NCBI GenBank assembly: GCA_963675665.1
Contig: OY776510.1
Location: 1,568,001-1,632,000, forward strand
From: Spirochaetia bacterium
GTDB lineage: Bacteria; Spirochaetota; Spirochaetia; UBA9216
Direction of reading: 5' to 3'
DNA: 64,000 bases
The notes under the pieces are model-generated. The model had not been told where the DNA came from and searched no databases. It saw nothing but the letters and a program-made list of their open reading frames with translations. A program made the translations under genes and the position numbers. Position 1 is the first letter of the stretch. Each line of letters opens with the position of its first letter. Positions 10,053 to 19,798 of this stretch are shown here, one piece after another.

Positions 10053-10736
10053 ATGATTAAAAAAATCTCGGGTATTGTCTCGACAGTGTTAATCGTGGCA
10101 ATTATTACAAGTTGTGCTTCGGTAATACATACATGGGAAACATATCCAATCGGAACAGATCTCGAAGTCAGGGAAAAGAGAATAGTTTACGTTGCGCCTG
10201 TGGAAGATCTCAGGAGTTCCAATATCACGGTGGCTACAGAAGAGCCTGTTCCGGGTGATATCTGCAAGATCAATGAGTATAATCAGATCTTTTATGTAGA
10301 AGACCCCGAAATGCAGAAAGCAACAGCATTTCTGGCGTCGGCGATAAAGCAGGACCTGCGCGACGCCGGTTTTGAGCTTACAACCATTGAAAGTCAGGCA
10401 GATTTTGTATTGAAAACCGGTTTAATCTCAATGGAAGCAAGCAAACTTAGAAATATGGGCAGCGCCGTGCTTGCAAGTGTTTTATTGCTTCCGACATTTG
10501 GAGCGTCCATGTATTTTATAAAGGATGATGTTGAAGCCTTGTGTACCTTCAAGACTTCGATCGTGGATAAAGATTCAGGCAAGGAAGTAAGTTCCCGTGA
10601 ATACACCTGTTCTGAAAAGCAGAAACAGAGAGTATTTATTGAGGGTAAAATTTTAAATCCCGGTTATTTCCTGTCCAAATGTATAAAGAGCAACGTTCAG
10701 CAGCTAATCTCGGAACTTATTACAGTTTCCGAATGA
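10053..10736 (+). CDS. Hypothetical lipoprotein
   Basis: AGGAGA RBS; MIKK-hydrophobic-IITSC lipobox-like signal; VAPVEDLR motif and an internal hydrophobic stretch; family not recognised with confidence. Confidence 0.7.
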   Translation: MIKKISGIVSTVLIVAIITSCASVIHTWETYPIGTDLEVREKRIVYVAPVEDLRSSNITVATEEPVPGDICKINEYNQIFYVEDPEMQKATAFLASAIKQDLRDAGFELTTIESQADFVLKTGLISMEASKLRNMGSAVLASVLLLPTFGASMYFIKDDVEALCTFKTSIVDKDSGKEVSSREYTCSEKQKQRVFIEGKILNPGYFLSKCIKSNVQQLISELITVSE

Positions 10737-10926
10737 TGAATGGCCTCTCGAATAATCCTATATCGGTGTTATAGGAGATGCCGCATTATAATAATTCACC
10801 GGACGGTAATTCCCCGGCCGGTGAGTTTATCTCTTAAACTTTATAATTCGTTAGCAGCCGGTTTTTCTGTTTAAATCCGCAGTTATACTCTTTCCAGGTT
10901 AATTTACAAATTTTGTAAATTTTCCC

Positions 10927-10993
10927 TTGCCAAATAGTAAATGTCAATTTATAATTGCGTTAACGTACACGTTAGATGCCGTGTACGTTAACG
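10927..10993 (+). promoter_or_regulatory. sigma70 promoter plus inverted operator pair upstream of the GH51 gene
   Basis: TTGCCA(10927-32)-17-TATAAT(10950-55); CGTTAACGTACACG(10958-71) and its exact reverse complement CGTGTACGTTAACG(10980-93). Confidence 0.75.
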
Positions 10994-11025
10994 TGAATTG
11001 TGTTAGATATCAGCGGGAGGTCTTT

Positions 11026-12540
11026 ATGGCTGTAATAAGAATAGACGGACGACGAACAATAGGTACTGTGGACAGAAAAATCTTCTCGGGTTTTGTTGAA
11101 CATCTGGGAAGATGTATTTACGGCGGTCTGTTTGAAAAGGATTCTCCGTTGGCCGACGAATACGGATTTAGACAGGATGTTACAGAGGCGCTGAAGGCGC
11201 TGAACCCGCCGGTTCTGAGATGGCCGGGAGGTAATTTCGTAAGTAATTACCACTGGACAGACGGAATCGGTCCGGTGGAAAAGCGTCCTGCAAGACTGGA
11301 GCTGGCATGGTTTCTGACTGAATCCAATATTATCGGAACCGATGAGTTTTTACGGTGGTGTGAGAGAGAAGGTTATGAGCCGTACATTTGTGTTAATATG
11401 GGTTCAGGCACTCTCGATGAAGCACAGTCCTGGGTGGAATACTGCAACGGGACCAAAGATACATACTGGGCGAATCTAAGAAGAAAAAACGGGCACCCGG
11501 AGCCCTACAATGTAAAGAAATGGGCGCTCGGAAATGAAATGTACGGAGAGTACCAGGTTGGTCAGCTTTCGGCTGAAGAGTATGTGAAAAAGGCGCGTTC
11601 CTTTGCAAAAGTAATGTACCGGACCGACAACAGTCTTGAATTTGTATCATGCGGTAAAGACGGCATCAGCCCCTGGGACAGAACAGTACTTGAGGGATTG
11701 GCGGATCTTGTCAGATATCACTCGATACATATTTATACCGGCTCACCGGATTACTGGACTAACGTTCTTGCGCCTCACCAGGCTGAAAGATGTCTCAGAT
11801 CCATGAGAGCTGTCATTGATGATGTTACCAGGCGCCTGGGAATCAAACATGAGATTAAGGTTGCATATGACGAATGGAATGTCTGGTACAGGTATACCGA
11901 GGGAGTTTTTGAACCTTCAGACCAGCCGCCGCTCGAAGAGCATTACGATTTTTCAGATGCGCTTGCTGTTGCAACATATCTTAATATTTTTATCCGGCAT
12001 TGTAAAACTGTAGGAATGGCAAATCTTGCCCAGATGGTTAATGTTATCGCTCCTATTTTCACAAATAAAGAAGGTATGTTTCTGCAGACTATCTATCATC
12101 CGATACAACTGATTTCCAGGTATACCGAGAAAATTGCCCTGGATGTTTTCGTCGACGGACCTGTTCATGATATGACCGAATCTGATGAAACTTCCCACTG
12201 GCTGTGGCCTCAGCCTGTATTCGATCTCGGTCCTTTTCAGATTCTTGATGTATCAGCAACTAAAAGTGAAGACGGCAAAACACTTGTTCTGTCTGTTGTA
12301 AACAGAGATTCTGAAAACGATGTTAAAGCAGATGTGCAAATCAGGGATCTGGTCATGAAAGGCACTGCAAATGTTTCGACATATAAAAGCGATGATCCAT
12401 ACATTAAAAATGATTTTGAAAATCCTGAATCAGTAATACCGGAAGAACGCACTGTTGATGTAAGCGGCACAGTTCTTGAGTATAATTTCCCGGCCTGCTC
12501 GCTCTCTATTATCAGAATACCTGTTGAGCCGGCTTTATAA
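11026..12540 (+). CDS. abfA: Alpha-L-arabinofuranosidase, GH51
   Basis: FVEHLGRCIYGG, LRWPGGNFVS.YHW.DGIGP, LGNEMYG (acid/base Glu), YDEWNVW (nucleophile Glu), AQMVNVIAP; start at 11026 after GGGAGG; no signal peptide. Confidence 0.93.
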   Translation: MAVIRIDGRRTIGTVDRKIFSGFVEHLGRCIYGGLFEKDSPLADEYGFRQDVTEALKALNPPVLRWPGGNFVSNYHWTDGIGPVEKRPARLELAWFLTESNIIGTDEFLRWCEREGYEPYICVNMGSGTLDEAQSWVEYCNGTKDTYWANLRRKNGHPEPYNVKKWALGNEMYGEYQVGQLSAEEYVKKARSFAKVMYRTDNSLEFVSCGKDGISPWDRTVLEGLADLVRYHSIHIYTGSPDYWTNVLAPHQAERCLRSMRAVIDDVTRRLGIKHEIKVAYDEWNVWYRYTEGVFEPSDQPPLEEHYDFSDALAVATYLNIFIRHCKTVGMANLAQMVNVIAPIFTNKEGMFLQTIYHPIQLISRYTEKIALDVFVDGPVHDMTESDETSHWLWPQPVFDLGPFQILDVSATKSEDGKTLVLSVVNRDSENDVKADVQIRDLVMKGTANVSTYKSDDPYIKNDFENPESVIPEERTVDVSGTVLEYNFPACSLSIIRIPVEPAL

Positions 12541-12596
12541 AGGGCTTTTGTTTTGACGGGATCTTTCAGGTGGAGCTGTAGAAACAGGAGTTTCTA

Positions 12597-12610
12597 CGTG
12601 TACGTAAACG
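12597..12610. promoter_or_regulatory. Third copy of the CGTGTACGTWAACG operator, upstream of the ABC binding-protein gene
   Basis: CGTGTACGTAAACG, one mismatch to the copy at 10980-93. Confidence 0.6.
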
Positions 12611-12687
12611 CTGTAAATGGTAATTGATCCGCAAAAACGGATTGTATTATATAGCAAGGGCAAGTAGCCCGAATAAGGAGGAATGCT

Positions 12688-13695
12688 ATGATTATAAAGA
12701 AAAAGAATGTTTTCTTTATTGCTTTGGTTGTATTGATGGTACTTCCAATGATGCTTATGGCCGGTGGAAACCAGGAAGTTTCGGCAGGAAATAACGGGGG
12801 TCTTCCTGTTCTTGAACAGAAAGATGCATATGTGATTGGTTTTTCTGCTCAGCAGTCAGACCACCCCTGGACTAATGCCCTTAATGATTCGATTAAAAAT
12901 GAAGGGACAAAAAGAGGGAATAAAGTAATAATGACCGATGCGCAGGGATCCACTGCCAAGCAGATGGCTGACGTAGAATCACTTATTGCACAGGGTGTTG
13001 ATGTAATTGTAATTACTCCCCGTGAAGAAAGACCTCTTGCTGAAGTTACTCTGAAGGCGAAAGAAGCCGGAATCCCTGTTTTTATAGTCGACAGAAATGT
13101 AGATCAGAGTGTTGCCCAGGCAGGTGTTGATTATGTTGCATTTATCGGTTCTGATTTTGTCGAAGAAGGTCGAATGGCAGGACGATGGCTTGTTGATCAG
13201 CTTGGCGGAAAAGGCGATATAATTGAGCTTTCAGGTACAACAGGTTCTTCAGCAGCAGACGACAGGGGCACAGGTTTTCGAGAGACTCTTGAAGGATCAG
13301 AAATCAACATCGTAGCCAGTCAGGATGGAGATTTTGTCAGAGATAAGGGCAGACGTAATATGGAAGCCCTTATTCAGCAGTATCCTGATATTGACGCAGT
13401 ATTTGCTCACAATGATGAAATGGCTCTCGGGGCGATAACAGCTCTGCAGGCCGCGGGTGTTGCTCCCGGAAAGGATCTGATCGTGGTTTCTGTTGACGGA
13501 CAGCGCGAAGCGCTTGAAGCTATTATTGACGGAACTCTTGGTGCTACCGCCGAATGCAATCCTAGATTCGGAAAAGCTGTTTATGATGCTATTGAAGCTT
13601 ATGCTGCAGGAGAATCTATTGCTCCGATGATGGTTAACAAAGATAACTTTTACGACAGCTCCAATGCTAAAGCTGAGTTACCGAACGCTTTCTAA
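12688..13695 (+). CDS. Sugar ABC (CUT2) substrate-binding protein, YtfQ/RbsB-like
   Basis: Signal peptide ending MLMAGGNQE; TDAQG..KQ..DVESLIAQGVD, IGSDFVEEG, AHNDEMALGA, AECNPRFG. Confidence 0.88.
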   Translation: MIIKKKNVFFIALVVLMVLPMMLMAGGNQEVSAGNNGGLPVLEQKDAYVIGFSAQQSDHPWTNALNDSIKNEGTKRGNKVIMTDAQGSTAKQMADVESLIAQGVDVIVITPREERPLAEVTLKAKEAGIPVFIVDRNVDQSVAQAGVDYVAFIGSDFVEEGRMAGRWLVDQLGGKGDIIELSGTTGSSAADDRGTGFRETLEGSEINIVASQDGDFVRDKGRRNMEALIQQYPDIDAVFAHNDEMALGAITALQAAGVAPGKDLIVVSVDGQREALEAIIDGTLGATAECNPRFGKAVYDAIEAYAAGESIAPMMVNKDNFYDSSNAKAELPNAF

Positions 13696-13710
13696 ATTAT
13701 TTTAAATCTA

Positions 13711-13742
13711 TAAAAACGGGCAGCTTTTGCTGTCCGTTTTTA
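13711..13742 (+). terminator. Stem-loop after SBP gene
   Basis: TAAAAACGGGCAGC-TTTT-GCTGTCCGTTTTTA. Confidence 0.7.
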
Positions 13743-13758
13743 TGCTTTGGTGTGTATA

Positions 13759-15291
13759 ATGAATAACATGAGAAATGAAATCCTTCTTTCAATGCAGAAT
13801 ATTACAAAAACTTTTGCAGGTGTTCCGGCTCTTGAAAATGCAAGTCTTGAGGTTGCCCGCGGTGAAGTGCATGCACTTATCGGAGAAAACGGGGCCGGAA
13901 AATCTACTATACTGAAAATTCTGACCGGGGTATATCATCATTATTCAGGGGCAATAATGTTCGAAGGCAAAGAAGTCGGGTTTTCATCGACTCATGATGC
14001 CCAGCAGTATGGAATAAGTCCTATTTATCAGGAGATAAATCTTGTTGCACAAAGGACAGTGGCTCAGAATATTTTTCTTGGCAAGGAACCGAAAAGATAT
14101 CTGCTGGTCGATCGAAAAAAAATGCGGGTGGAATCCGAGAGGTTGCTTGAACAGGTAGGGGTGAGCATTGATGTAGATAAACCACTGAACACCTATAGCG
14201 TTGCCACTCAGCAGATGGTTGCCATTGCAAGAGCTTTATCGTTTAAATCAAAGCTTCTAATAATGGACGAACCTACCTCATCGTTACATGATAAAGAAAT
14301 CGATGTTCTGTTTTCGGTTATTGAAAAGTTGAAAGATTCAGGTGTCTCTGTAGTATTTGTAAGTCATAAATTTGACGAAATATACAGAATTTGTGATCAT
14401 ATAACAATATTGCGAGACGGGAAAACCGTCTCAAGTGCACCTATACATGAATATAAAAGGATTAATCTTGTTGCAGACATGCTCGGCAAGGATCCGAATG
14501 AAATAAGAAGACGCGGACAAACCTCCTTCAACACAAGGAAGACGAAAAAGGGCGAGGTTCTTATGGAAATCAGGAACATCAGCTCTTTGCCCAAGCTGAA
14601 GGATGTAAGTCTTTCAATAAGGGCCGGAGAAGTTCTCGGTATTGCGGGACTGCTTGGTTCGGGACGAACCGAACTGGCCAAGGCAATATACGGAGCCGAA
14701 TTTTCCAAAAGCAGTGTTTTCAGGTATAAAGGAAAAGATTACAGACCTTCAACGCCTGAAAAATCAATTGCAGGCGGAATTGCTCTGGTTCCGGAAGACA
14801 GAAAAAGCGAAGGCCTCATTGGTGTAATGTCCATAAAAGAGAATTTAACATTATCCAGGCTGAATGAAATTTCCAGGTTCGGAATAATAAATGAAAGCAG
14901 GGAAAAAGAGATTGTTGAAGAATACATCAGGCTTCTATATATAAAATGTTCAAACATGAATCAGTCTGTGTCAGAGCTTTCCGGTGGAAATCAGCAGAAG
15001 GTCCTGCTCGGCAGAGCCATGATTCTTCAGCCTAATATTCTGATTCTGGATGAACCCACTCGCGGCGTTGATGTCGGGGCAAAGGCCGAAATTCAGGCGC
15101 TTATATCCGAGTCGATTCAGCGTCGCGAAGGTTTTGCAACAATTCTGATATCCTCGGAAATGGAGGAAATTCTGGAAGGCAGCAACAAGATACATGTGAT
15201 CAAGGACGGATTTTCCGTGCGTGATGTAGATCCTGAAACAGTGGAAAACTCGGAGTTGATGCAGTATCTGGCTTCAGAGATAGCAGAGTAA
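13759..15291 (+). CDS. Sugar ABC ATP-binding protein (two NBDs)
   Basis: GENGAGKST, IMDEPT, LSGGNQQKV, DEPTRGVDVGAK; start 13759 or 13768. Confidence 0.93.
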   Translation: MNNMRNEILLSMQNITKTFAGVPALENASLEVARGEVHALIGENGAGKSTILKILTGVYHHYSGAIMFEGKEVGFSSTHDAQQYGISPIYQEINLVAQRTVAQNIFLGKEPKRYLLVDRKKMRVESERLLEQVGVSIDVDKPLNTYSVATQQMVAIARALSFKSKLLIMDEPTSSLHDKEIDVLFSVIEKLKDSGVSVVFVSHKFDEIYRICDHITILRDGKTVSSAPIHEYKRINLVADMLGKDPNEIRRRGQTSFNTRKTKKGEVLMEIRNISSLPKLKDVSLSIRAGEVLGIAGLLGSGRTELAKAIYGAEFSKSSVFRYKGKDYRPSTPEKSIAGGIALVPEDRKSEGLIGVMSIKENLTLSRLNEISRFGIINESREKEIVEEYIRLLYIKCSNMNQSVSELSGGNQQKVLLGRAMILQPNILILDEPTRGVDVGAKAEIQALISESIQRREGFATILISSEMEEILEGSNKIHVIKDGFSVRDVDPETVENSELMQYLASEIAE

Positions 15292-15308
15292 TTTACGGGA
15301 GTAATGAC

Positions 15309-16316
15309 ATGAGCGACATACCGGATAACATATCCAGTTCCCTGTTGACCAGGGTTAAAAAAGCATACAATACAGGCATAATACAGACAAACGGGGTTTG
15401 GTTTGCACTGATAGGCCTGATTATTTTCAATATGATTTTTACCAGAAACTTTATTTCAGTAAGGGTTCTGCAGGTAAATCTTACCCAGATGTCCGCAATT
15501 GCAATAGCTGCCATTGGTATGACATTAATTATTGCCGTAAAAGGAATAGATTTATCAGTCGGCGCGCTGATGGCTCTTGCCGGAGCAGCCTCGGGGTATC
15601 TTCTTGTTCTGGAAAATCCGTTTTTTCAGATATCCGCAGCCGGAACTCTTATAATTGTACTGTTAGGTGTGCTTGTAGCGGGAGTATTCGGATTTATTAA
15701 TGGTTATCTTATCGGGCGTATTAACCTGCAGCCCATTATCGCCACTCTTGTTATGATGATTTCAGGAAGGGGTATTGCCCAGCTGGCTACAAGCGGCAGG
15801 CTGTTTACAGTATCAAATACCGGGATCCTCTGGCTTGGACGTGGAACCTTTCTCGGAATTTCAATTCAGGCCTGGCTGATGATTATTGTTTTTATTCTTG
15901 CGGTGTTTGTCACTGGAAAAACAATACTTGGCAGATACGTAATCGCGGTAGGCGGCAATGAAGAGGCTGCCAGGCTGGCTGGAATAAATATACTAAAGGT
16001 TAAATGCATCGTTTATACAATCGGTGGTCTGCTTGCGGGGCTTGCCGGGATACTGATAGTCGGCATTAACGGTACAGTTGATACGGCAAATATCGGATTG
16101 GGATGGGAATTTACAGTCATCAGCGCGGTTGTTGTAGGCGGAACGCAGCTGTCTGGGGGCCGCCCCAGGATTGTCGGTACAATCGGGGGGGTTGCCCTGA
16201 TTCAGCTTCTGGCTTTCTCTCTGGCCAGTCATAATGTTTCTAAAGAAATAACCAATATAGTACAGGCTGGAGTAATAATTCTGGCAGTTGCACTGCAGTC
16301 TCAAAGAAAAGCATAA
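15309..16316 (+). CDS. Sugar ABC permease (YtfT/RbsC-like)
   Basis: GIDLSVG, QPIIATL, GGNEEAARLAGI, AVVVGGT. Confidence 0.92.
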   Translation: MSDIPDNISSSLLTRVKKAYNTGIIQTNGVWFALIGLIIFNMIFTRNFISVRVLQVNLTQMSAIAIAAIGMTLIIAVKGIDLSVGALMALAGAASGYLLVLENPFFQISAAGTLIIVLLGVLVAGVFGFINGYLIGRINLQPIIATLVMMISGRGIAQLATSGRLFTVSNTGILWLGRGTFLGISIQAWLMIIVFILAVFVTGKTILGRYVIAVGGNEEAARLAGINILKVKCIVYTIGGLLAGLAGILIVGINGTVDTANIGLGWEFTVISAVVVGGTQLSGGRPRIVGTIGGVALIQLLAFSLASHNVSKEITNIVQAGVIILAVALQSQRKA

Positions 16317-16326
16317 AGGGCATATT

Positions 16327-17340
16327 ATGAGTGATAACATTGTAATTGAAGACAAAAAAAACAGGAAGCTTTTATATCTTTCGGATTTTGTTTTATCAAA
16401 TATTCCGCTTGTAATATTTGTTGCAGTATTGATATTTGCGGCAGTAAGGTATGATAACTTTTTCGGTAAATTCAATATTACCTCCATGCTTGCATCTACA
16501 GATTTTATCTGTATAGGATTGATGGCGATAGGAATGACATTTGTGATTTCTGCTGCAGAAATTGATCTTTCAGTAGCGGGAATTGTTGTTTCAGCCAGCG
16601 TTATAGCTGCACAATTTTCGACAAATAATATTGTAATTGTTTTACTTGTTTCGATTCTGTTTGGAGTAGTCATAGGGTTGATTAATGGAGGGCTTGTAAC
16701 AATTGCAAATCTCCCTTCTTTTATAGTTACCCTGGCTATGCTGTTAGCTCTGCGCGGGCTTGCTTTGCTTCTTTCCGGAAGACAGAAGATTCCGGTTGAG
16801 TATTCTTCATCTCTTGTAAAATTCTACAATTATAAGGTCTTTCATATACTTCCGGCTCCTTTTATTGTTGTAATGTTGATTTTTATTATTGCATGGATAA
16901 TATTTTCGAGAACCAGTTTCGGAATCCATGTGCTTGCGATAGGCGGAGACAAGGTTTCGGCAGAACTGATGGGTTTAAAATCCGGTGGAATCCGATGTAT
17001 GATTTTTGTTATCACCGGCGCTCTTTCCGGGCTTGCAGGGGCTTTTCTTGCAGCCAGAACAACTACGGGAAATCCTCTGGAGGCTCAGGGATGGGAAACA
17101 AACGCAATTGCTGCTGTAGTTCTCGGCGGTACGTTGTTGAACGGAGGAAAAGGATCGATATATTCAACTATGATAGGAGTTGCATTACTGACCGTTATTT
17201 TTCAGGTTTTGAATTTTGAAAATGGACAGGGCATTCCCATCAATTCATACTGGCAGAATGTTATCAGGGGATTGTTTTTATTGAGTATAGTTGTTGTGCA
17301 GGGCGTAACAACATCCAGAGTCAATAAATCAAAAGCCTGA
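16327..17340 (+). CDS. Sugar ABC permease (YjfF/RbsC-like)
   Basis: IDLSVA, LPSFIVTL, IAAVVLGGTLLNGGKGS; start placed at ATG 16327. Confidence 0.92.
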   Translation: MSDNIVIEDKKNRKLLYLSDFVLSNIPLVIFVAVLIFAAVRYDNFFGKFNITSMLASTDFICIGLMAIGMTFVISAAEIDLSVAGIVVSASVIAAQFSTNNIVIVLLVSILFGVVIGLINGGLVTIANLPSFIVTLAMLLALRGLALLLSGRQKIPVEYSSSLVKFYNYKVFHILPAPFIVVMLIFIIAWIIFSRTSFGIHVLAIGGDKVSAELMGLKSGGIRCMIFVITGALSGLAGAFLAARTTTGNPLEAQGWETNAIAAVVLGGTLLNGGKGSIYSTMIGVALLTVIFQVLNFENGQGIPINSYWQNVIRGLFLLSIVVVQGVTTSRVNKSKA

Positions 17341-17469
17341 ATCTAAGCAAAGATTCATGAGCTGCGGTTTATTGAGACTTGTTTTTATATTATTATCAGT
17401 GAAGGTCTGTAAATTATATTTAATATTTCAGGAATTAAACAACAGGGAAGATGAAAAGGACAGTGCCAA

Positions 17470-18504
17470 TTGAAAAAGCGCGTAACAGTTAAGGATATTG
17501 CTCAAATTTGCGGTGTATCAATTGGCAGTGTTGATAGAGCGATACATAACAGACCCGGAATAAACAATGAAACTCGTGAAAAAATTCTCAAAGCATGTGA
17601 AGAATATGGTTTCAGAATCAACAGGTTTGCGCAGTCTCTTTCCCGGCAGCAATATAATCTGGCTGCTGTTCTGCCGAAGCAGAATGTGGACTTTTACAAA
17701 AGCCTGGAGAAAGGGCTGAGGCGTGCGGCGGAAGAATTGTCGGATTTGAATGTTTCTCTGCAGATTATAAAAAATACCAGGAACGGTTATCAGGCCGAAA
17801 AAGAAATTCTTGAAAAGATTGGTGAAATGAATTTAAACGGTATTGCTTTATGTGTCGATTATGCTCCGAAACTGAACGAGGCAATTAATGCAATTATTAA
17901 TAAGGATATTCCTGTTGTAACAATGGCTACAGATGCGCCGGAAAGTATAAGAACGACAACAGTAGCTGTTTCACCGGAGAAAACAGGAGAAATTGCCGCT
18001 TCGTATATGACGAGATTTATACACGAAGCCGGTACCGTATGCGTACTCCGCGGAAACAATGAAGCCATGGGGCAGACAAGAACTGCAGAAACCTTTTTCA
18101 ATTCAATAAGGAAAAACCGGCCCGAACTTTCTATCGGTGAAATATTTAATACTGATGAAAAACCGGCAAAGCTTAAACGCGCTGTGGATGAGATTAAGGC
18201 TAAATATGATGATTTAAAGGGAATCTATCTTACCGCCTGGGGTGGTCACATCTGTGCTGCACGGTTGGAAGAACTCGGCCTGCAGGAAGAAATCGTCTTT
18301 TTTGCCACAGGTATTTATACTGATCTGTGGCCTTATCTGGACAACGGAACTATCGATCTTTTGGTACATCGCAATCCTCATCGACAGGGTGCACTGGCAA
18401 TTAATTTGCTGTTTGATATGCTGACCGGCAAAGGTGTGGATAAGGATAAACATCATGTCAGACCTGAATTTATAATTCGTGAAAGTCTCTGGTTTTACAG
18501 ATAG
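17470..18504 (+). CDS. LacI-family transcriptional regulator
   Basis: VTVKDIAQICGVSIGSVDRAIHNRPG HTH; NRFAQSL hinge; TTG start. Confidence 0.9.
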   Translation: MKKRVTVKDIAQICGVSIGSVDRAIHNRPGINNETREKILKACEEYGFRINRFAQSLSRQQYNLAAVLPKQNVDFYKSLEKGLRRAAEELSDLNVSLQIIKNTRNGYQAEKEILEKIGEMNLNGIALCVDYAPKLNEAINAIINKDIPVVTMATDAPESIRTTTVAVSPEKTGEIAASYMTRFIHEAGTVCVLRGNNEAMGQTRTAETFFNSIRKNRPELSIGEIFNTDEKPAKLKRAVDEIKAKYDDLKGIYLTAWGGHICAARLEELGLQEEIVFFATGIYTDLWPYLDNGTIDLLVHRNPHRQGALAINLLFDMLTGKGVDKDKHHVRPEFIIRESLWFYR

Positions 18505-18539
18505 CATCTCTTTTAAAAACTCCCTGAAAAACTTTTTTC

Positions 18540-18582
18540 TTGACAGAAATGGAAACAGCTTGTACAGTGGTTGTACGTACAA
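18540..18582 (+). promoter_or_regulatory. sigma70 promoter with AraR-type operator (box 1)
   Basis: TTGACA(18540-45)-17-TACAGT(18563-68)-GG-TTGTACGTACAA(18571-82); the palindrome matches the known Firmicutes AraR core. Confidence 0.85.
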
Positions 18583-18611
18583 GGTGGAGCGAAAATATTT
18601 TGGATAAAAAT

Positions 18612-19682
18612 ATGTTTTTTGGTACCAAATATGAGATGGTTCGGCAATATATCAAGCAATTGCTTGTTGACGGAACCATTGAATACGGAATGAAACTTCC
18701 CTCTGAACATGAATTAACGAAGAAATTCCAGGTAAGCCGCCAGACGATAAGACAGGCATTCAGTGAACTTGCGAATGAAGGTTTGATCTACAAACAGCAG
18801 GGCAAAGGTACTTTCAGTAATTACCAGAAAAATGTAAAGCAAAAACAGATAATTGCAGTAATAACAACATATATTTCAGAATTTGTTTTTCCCGGAATCG
18901 TATCAGGAATAGAAGATGTTCTGTCCGATGAAGGCTATATGATGCTCTTTGCAAATACAAACAACAGTAAAAGAAAAGAAGCTGAATATCTTAAAAATGT
19001 GATGGAACATAATGTTGTCGGGATAATAATAGAACCTTCAAGAAGTGCTCAGGGTAATGCTAATCTTGATATTTTTAATACAATGCGCAGCAGAGGGACC
19101 AAATTTGTCTTCCTGAACGCCTGTTATTCGGATTTTGACAGTTCGTACGTTATTATGGATGACAAAAAAGGCGGTTATATGGCCGTCGAGCATCTGCTTC
19201 AATTGGGACACCGAAGAATAGCCTGTGTTTATAAAACTGATGACAAGCAGGGTGTAGACAGAAAGGAAGGCTATATCAGGGCCCTGGAAAAGTATGGTGT
19301 TCAGGTTGACAGTACACTTATGGGCGAATATGACACCTCCGGAATGTATCTTTTTCCGTATATGTTTACACAGTCCCTGTTGCGTTCTGATGACAGGCCC
19401 ACAGCTTTTTCCTGTTACAATGATCAAAGCGCGCTGATGGTTATCCAGGCCATAAAGGACAGCGGTTTGAGATTTCCTGAAGACGTGTCTGTAGTTGGTT
19501 ATGATGATTCAATAGAAGGCATGCCTAATGATATGCGGATTACTACAATCAAGCATCCTAAAAAAGACATGGGTATCCAGGGCGCCCGGTTTATGATCGA
19601 TATGATTGAGGGGCGAATGGGAAGGCCGCAGCTTGTTTATGAACCTGAATTAATTGTAAGGGACTCCTGTCGGAACATTTAA
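18612..19682 (+). CDS. araR: AraR-type regulator (GntR wHTH fused to LacI-type effector domain)
   Basis: KYEMV..., GMKLPSEHEL..KFQVSRQTIRQA, QGKGTF, IAVITTYISEFVFP, IIEPSRSA, LGHRRIA, CYNDQ, ITTIKHPK; start placed at ATG 18612. Confidence 0.88.
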   Translation: MFFGTKYEMVRQYIKQLLVDGTIEYGMKLPSEHELTKKFQVSRQTIRQAFSELANEGLIYKQQGKGTFSNYQKNVKQKQIIAVITTYISEFVFPGIVSGIEDVLSDEGYMMLFANTNNSKRKEAEYLKNVMEHNVVGIIIEPSRSAQGNANLDIFNTMRSRGTKFVFLNACYSDFDSSYVIMDDKKGGYMAVEHLLQLGHRRIACVYKTDDKQGVDRKEGYIRALEKYGVQVDSTLMGEYDTSGMYLFPYMFTQSLLRSDDRPTAFSCYNDQSALMVIQAIKDSGLRFPEDVSVVGYDDSIEGMPNDMRITTIKHPKKDMGIQGARFMIDMIEGRMGRPQLVYEPELIVRDSCRNI

Positions 19683-19699
19683 TTTTTTTTTAAAGCAAC

Positions 19700-19724
19700 T
19701 TGTACGTACAACAAAAGTACAAGT
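19700..19724. promoter_or_regulatory. AraR-type operator (box 2) plus extra half-site
   Basis: TTGTACGTACAA(19700-11), then TACAAGT at 19718. Confidence 0.85.
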
Positions 19725-19798
19725 TACAGAATAGGGTAGTATGCGGTACCGAATTTCAGTTTCTGTGCTGCATGAATATAAACAAGAGGAGAAAAAAA

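Noticed and set aside
15993-16673. 226-aa antisense ORF (also 46102-46758 and similar)
   Set aside because: Typical antisense shadows of hydrophobic permease genes
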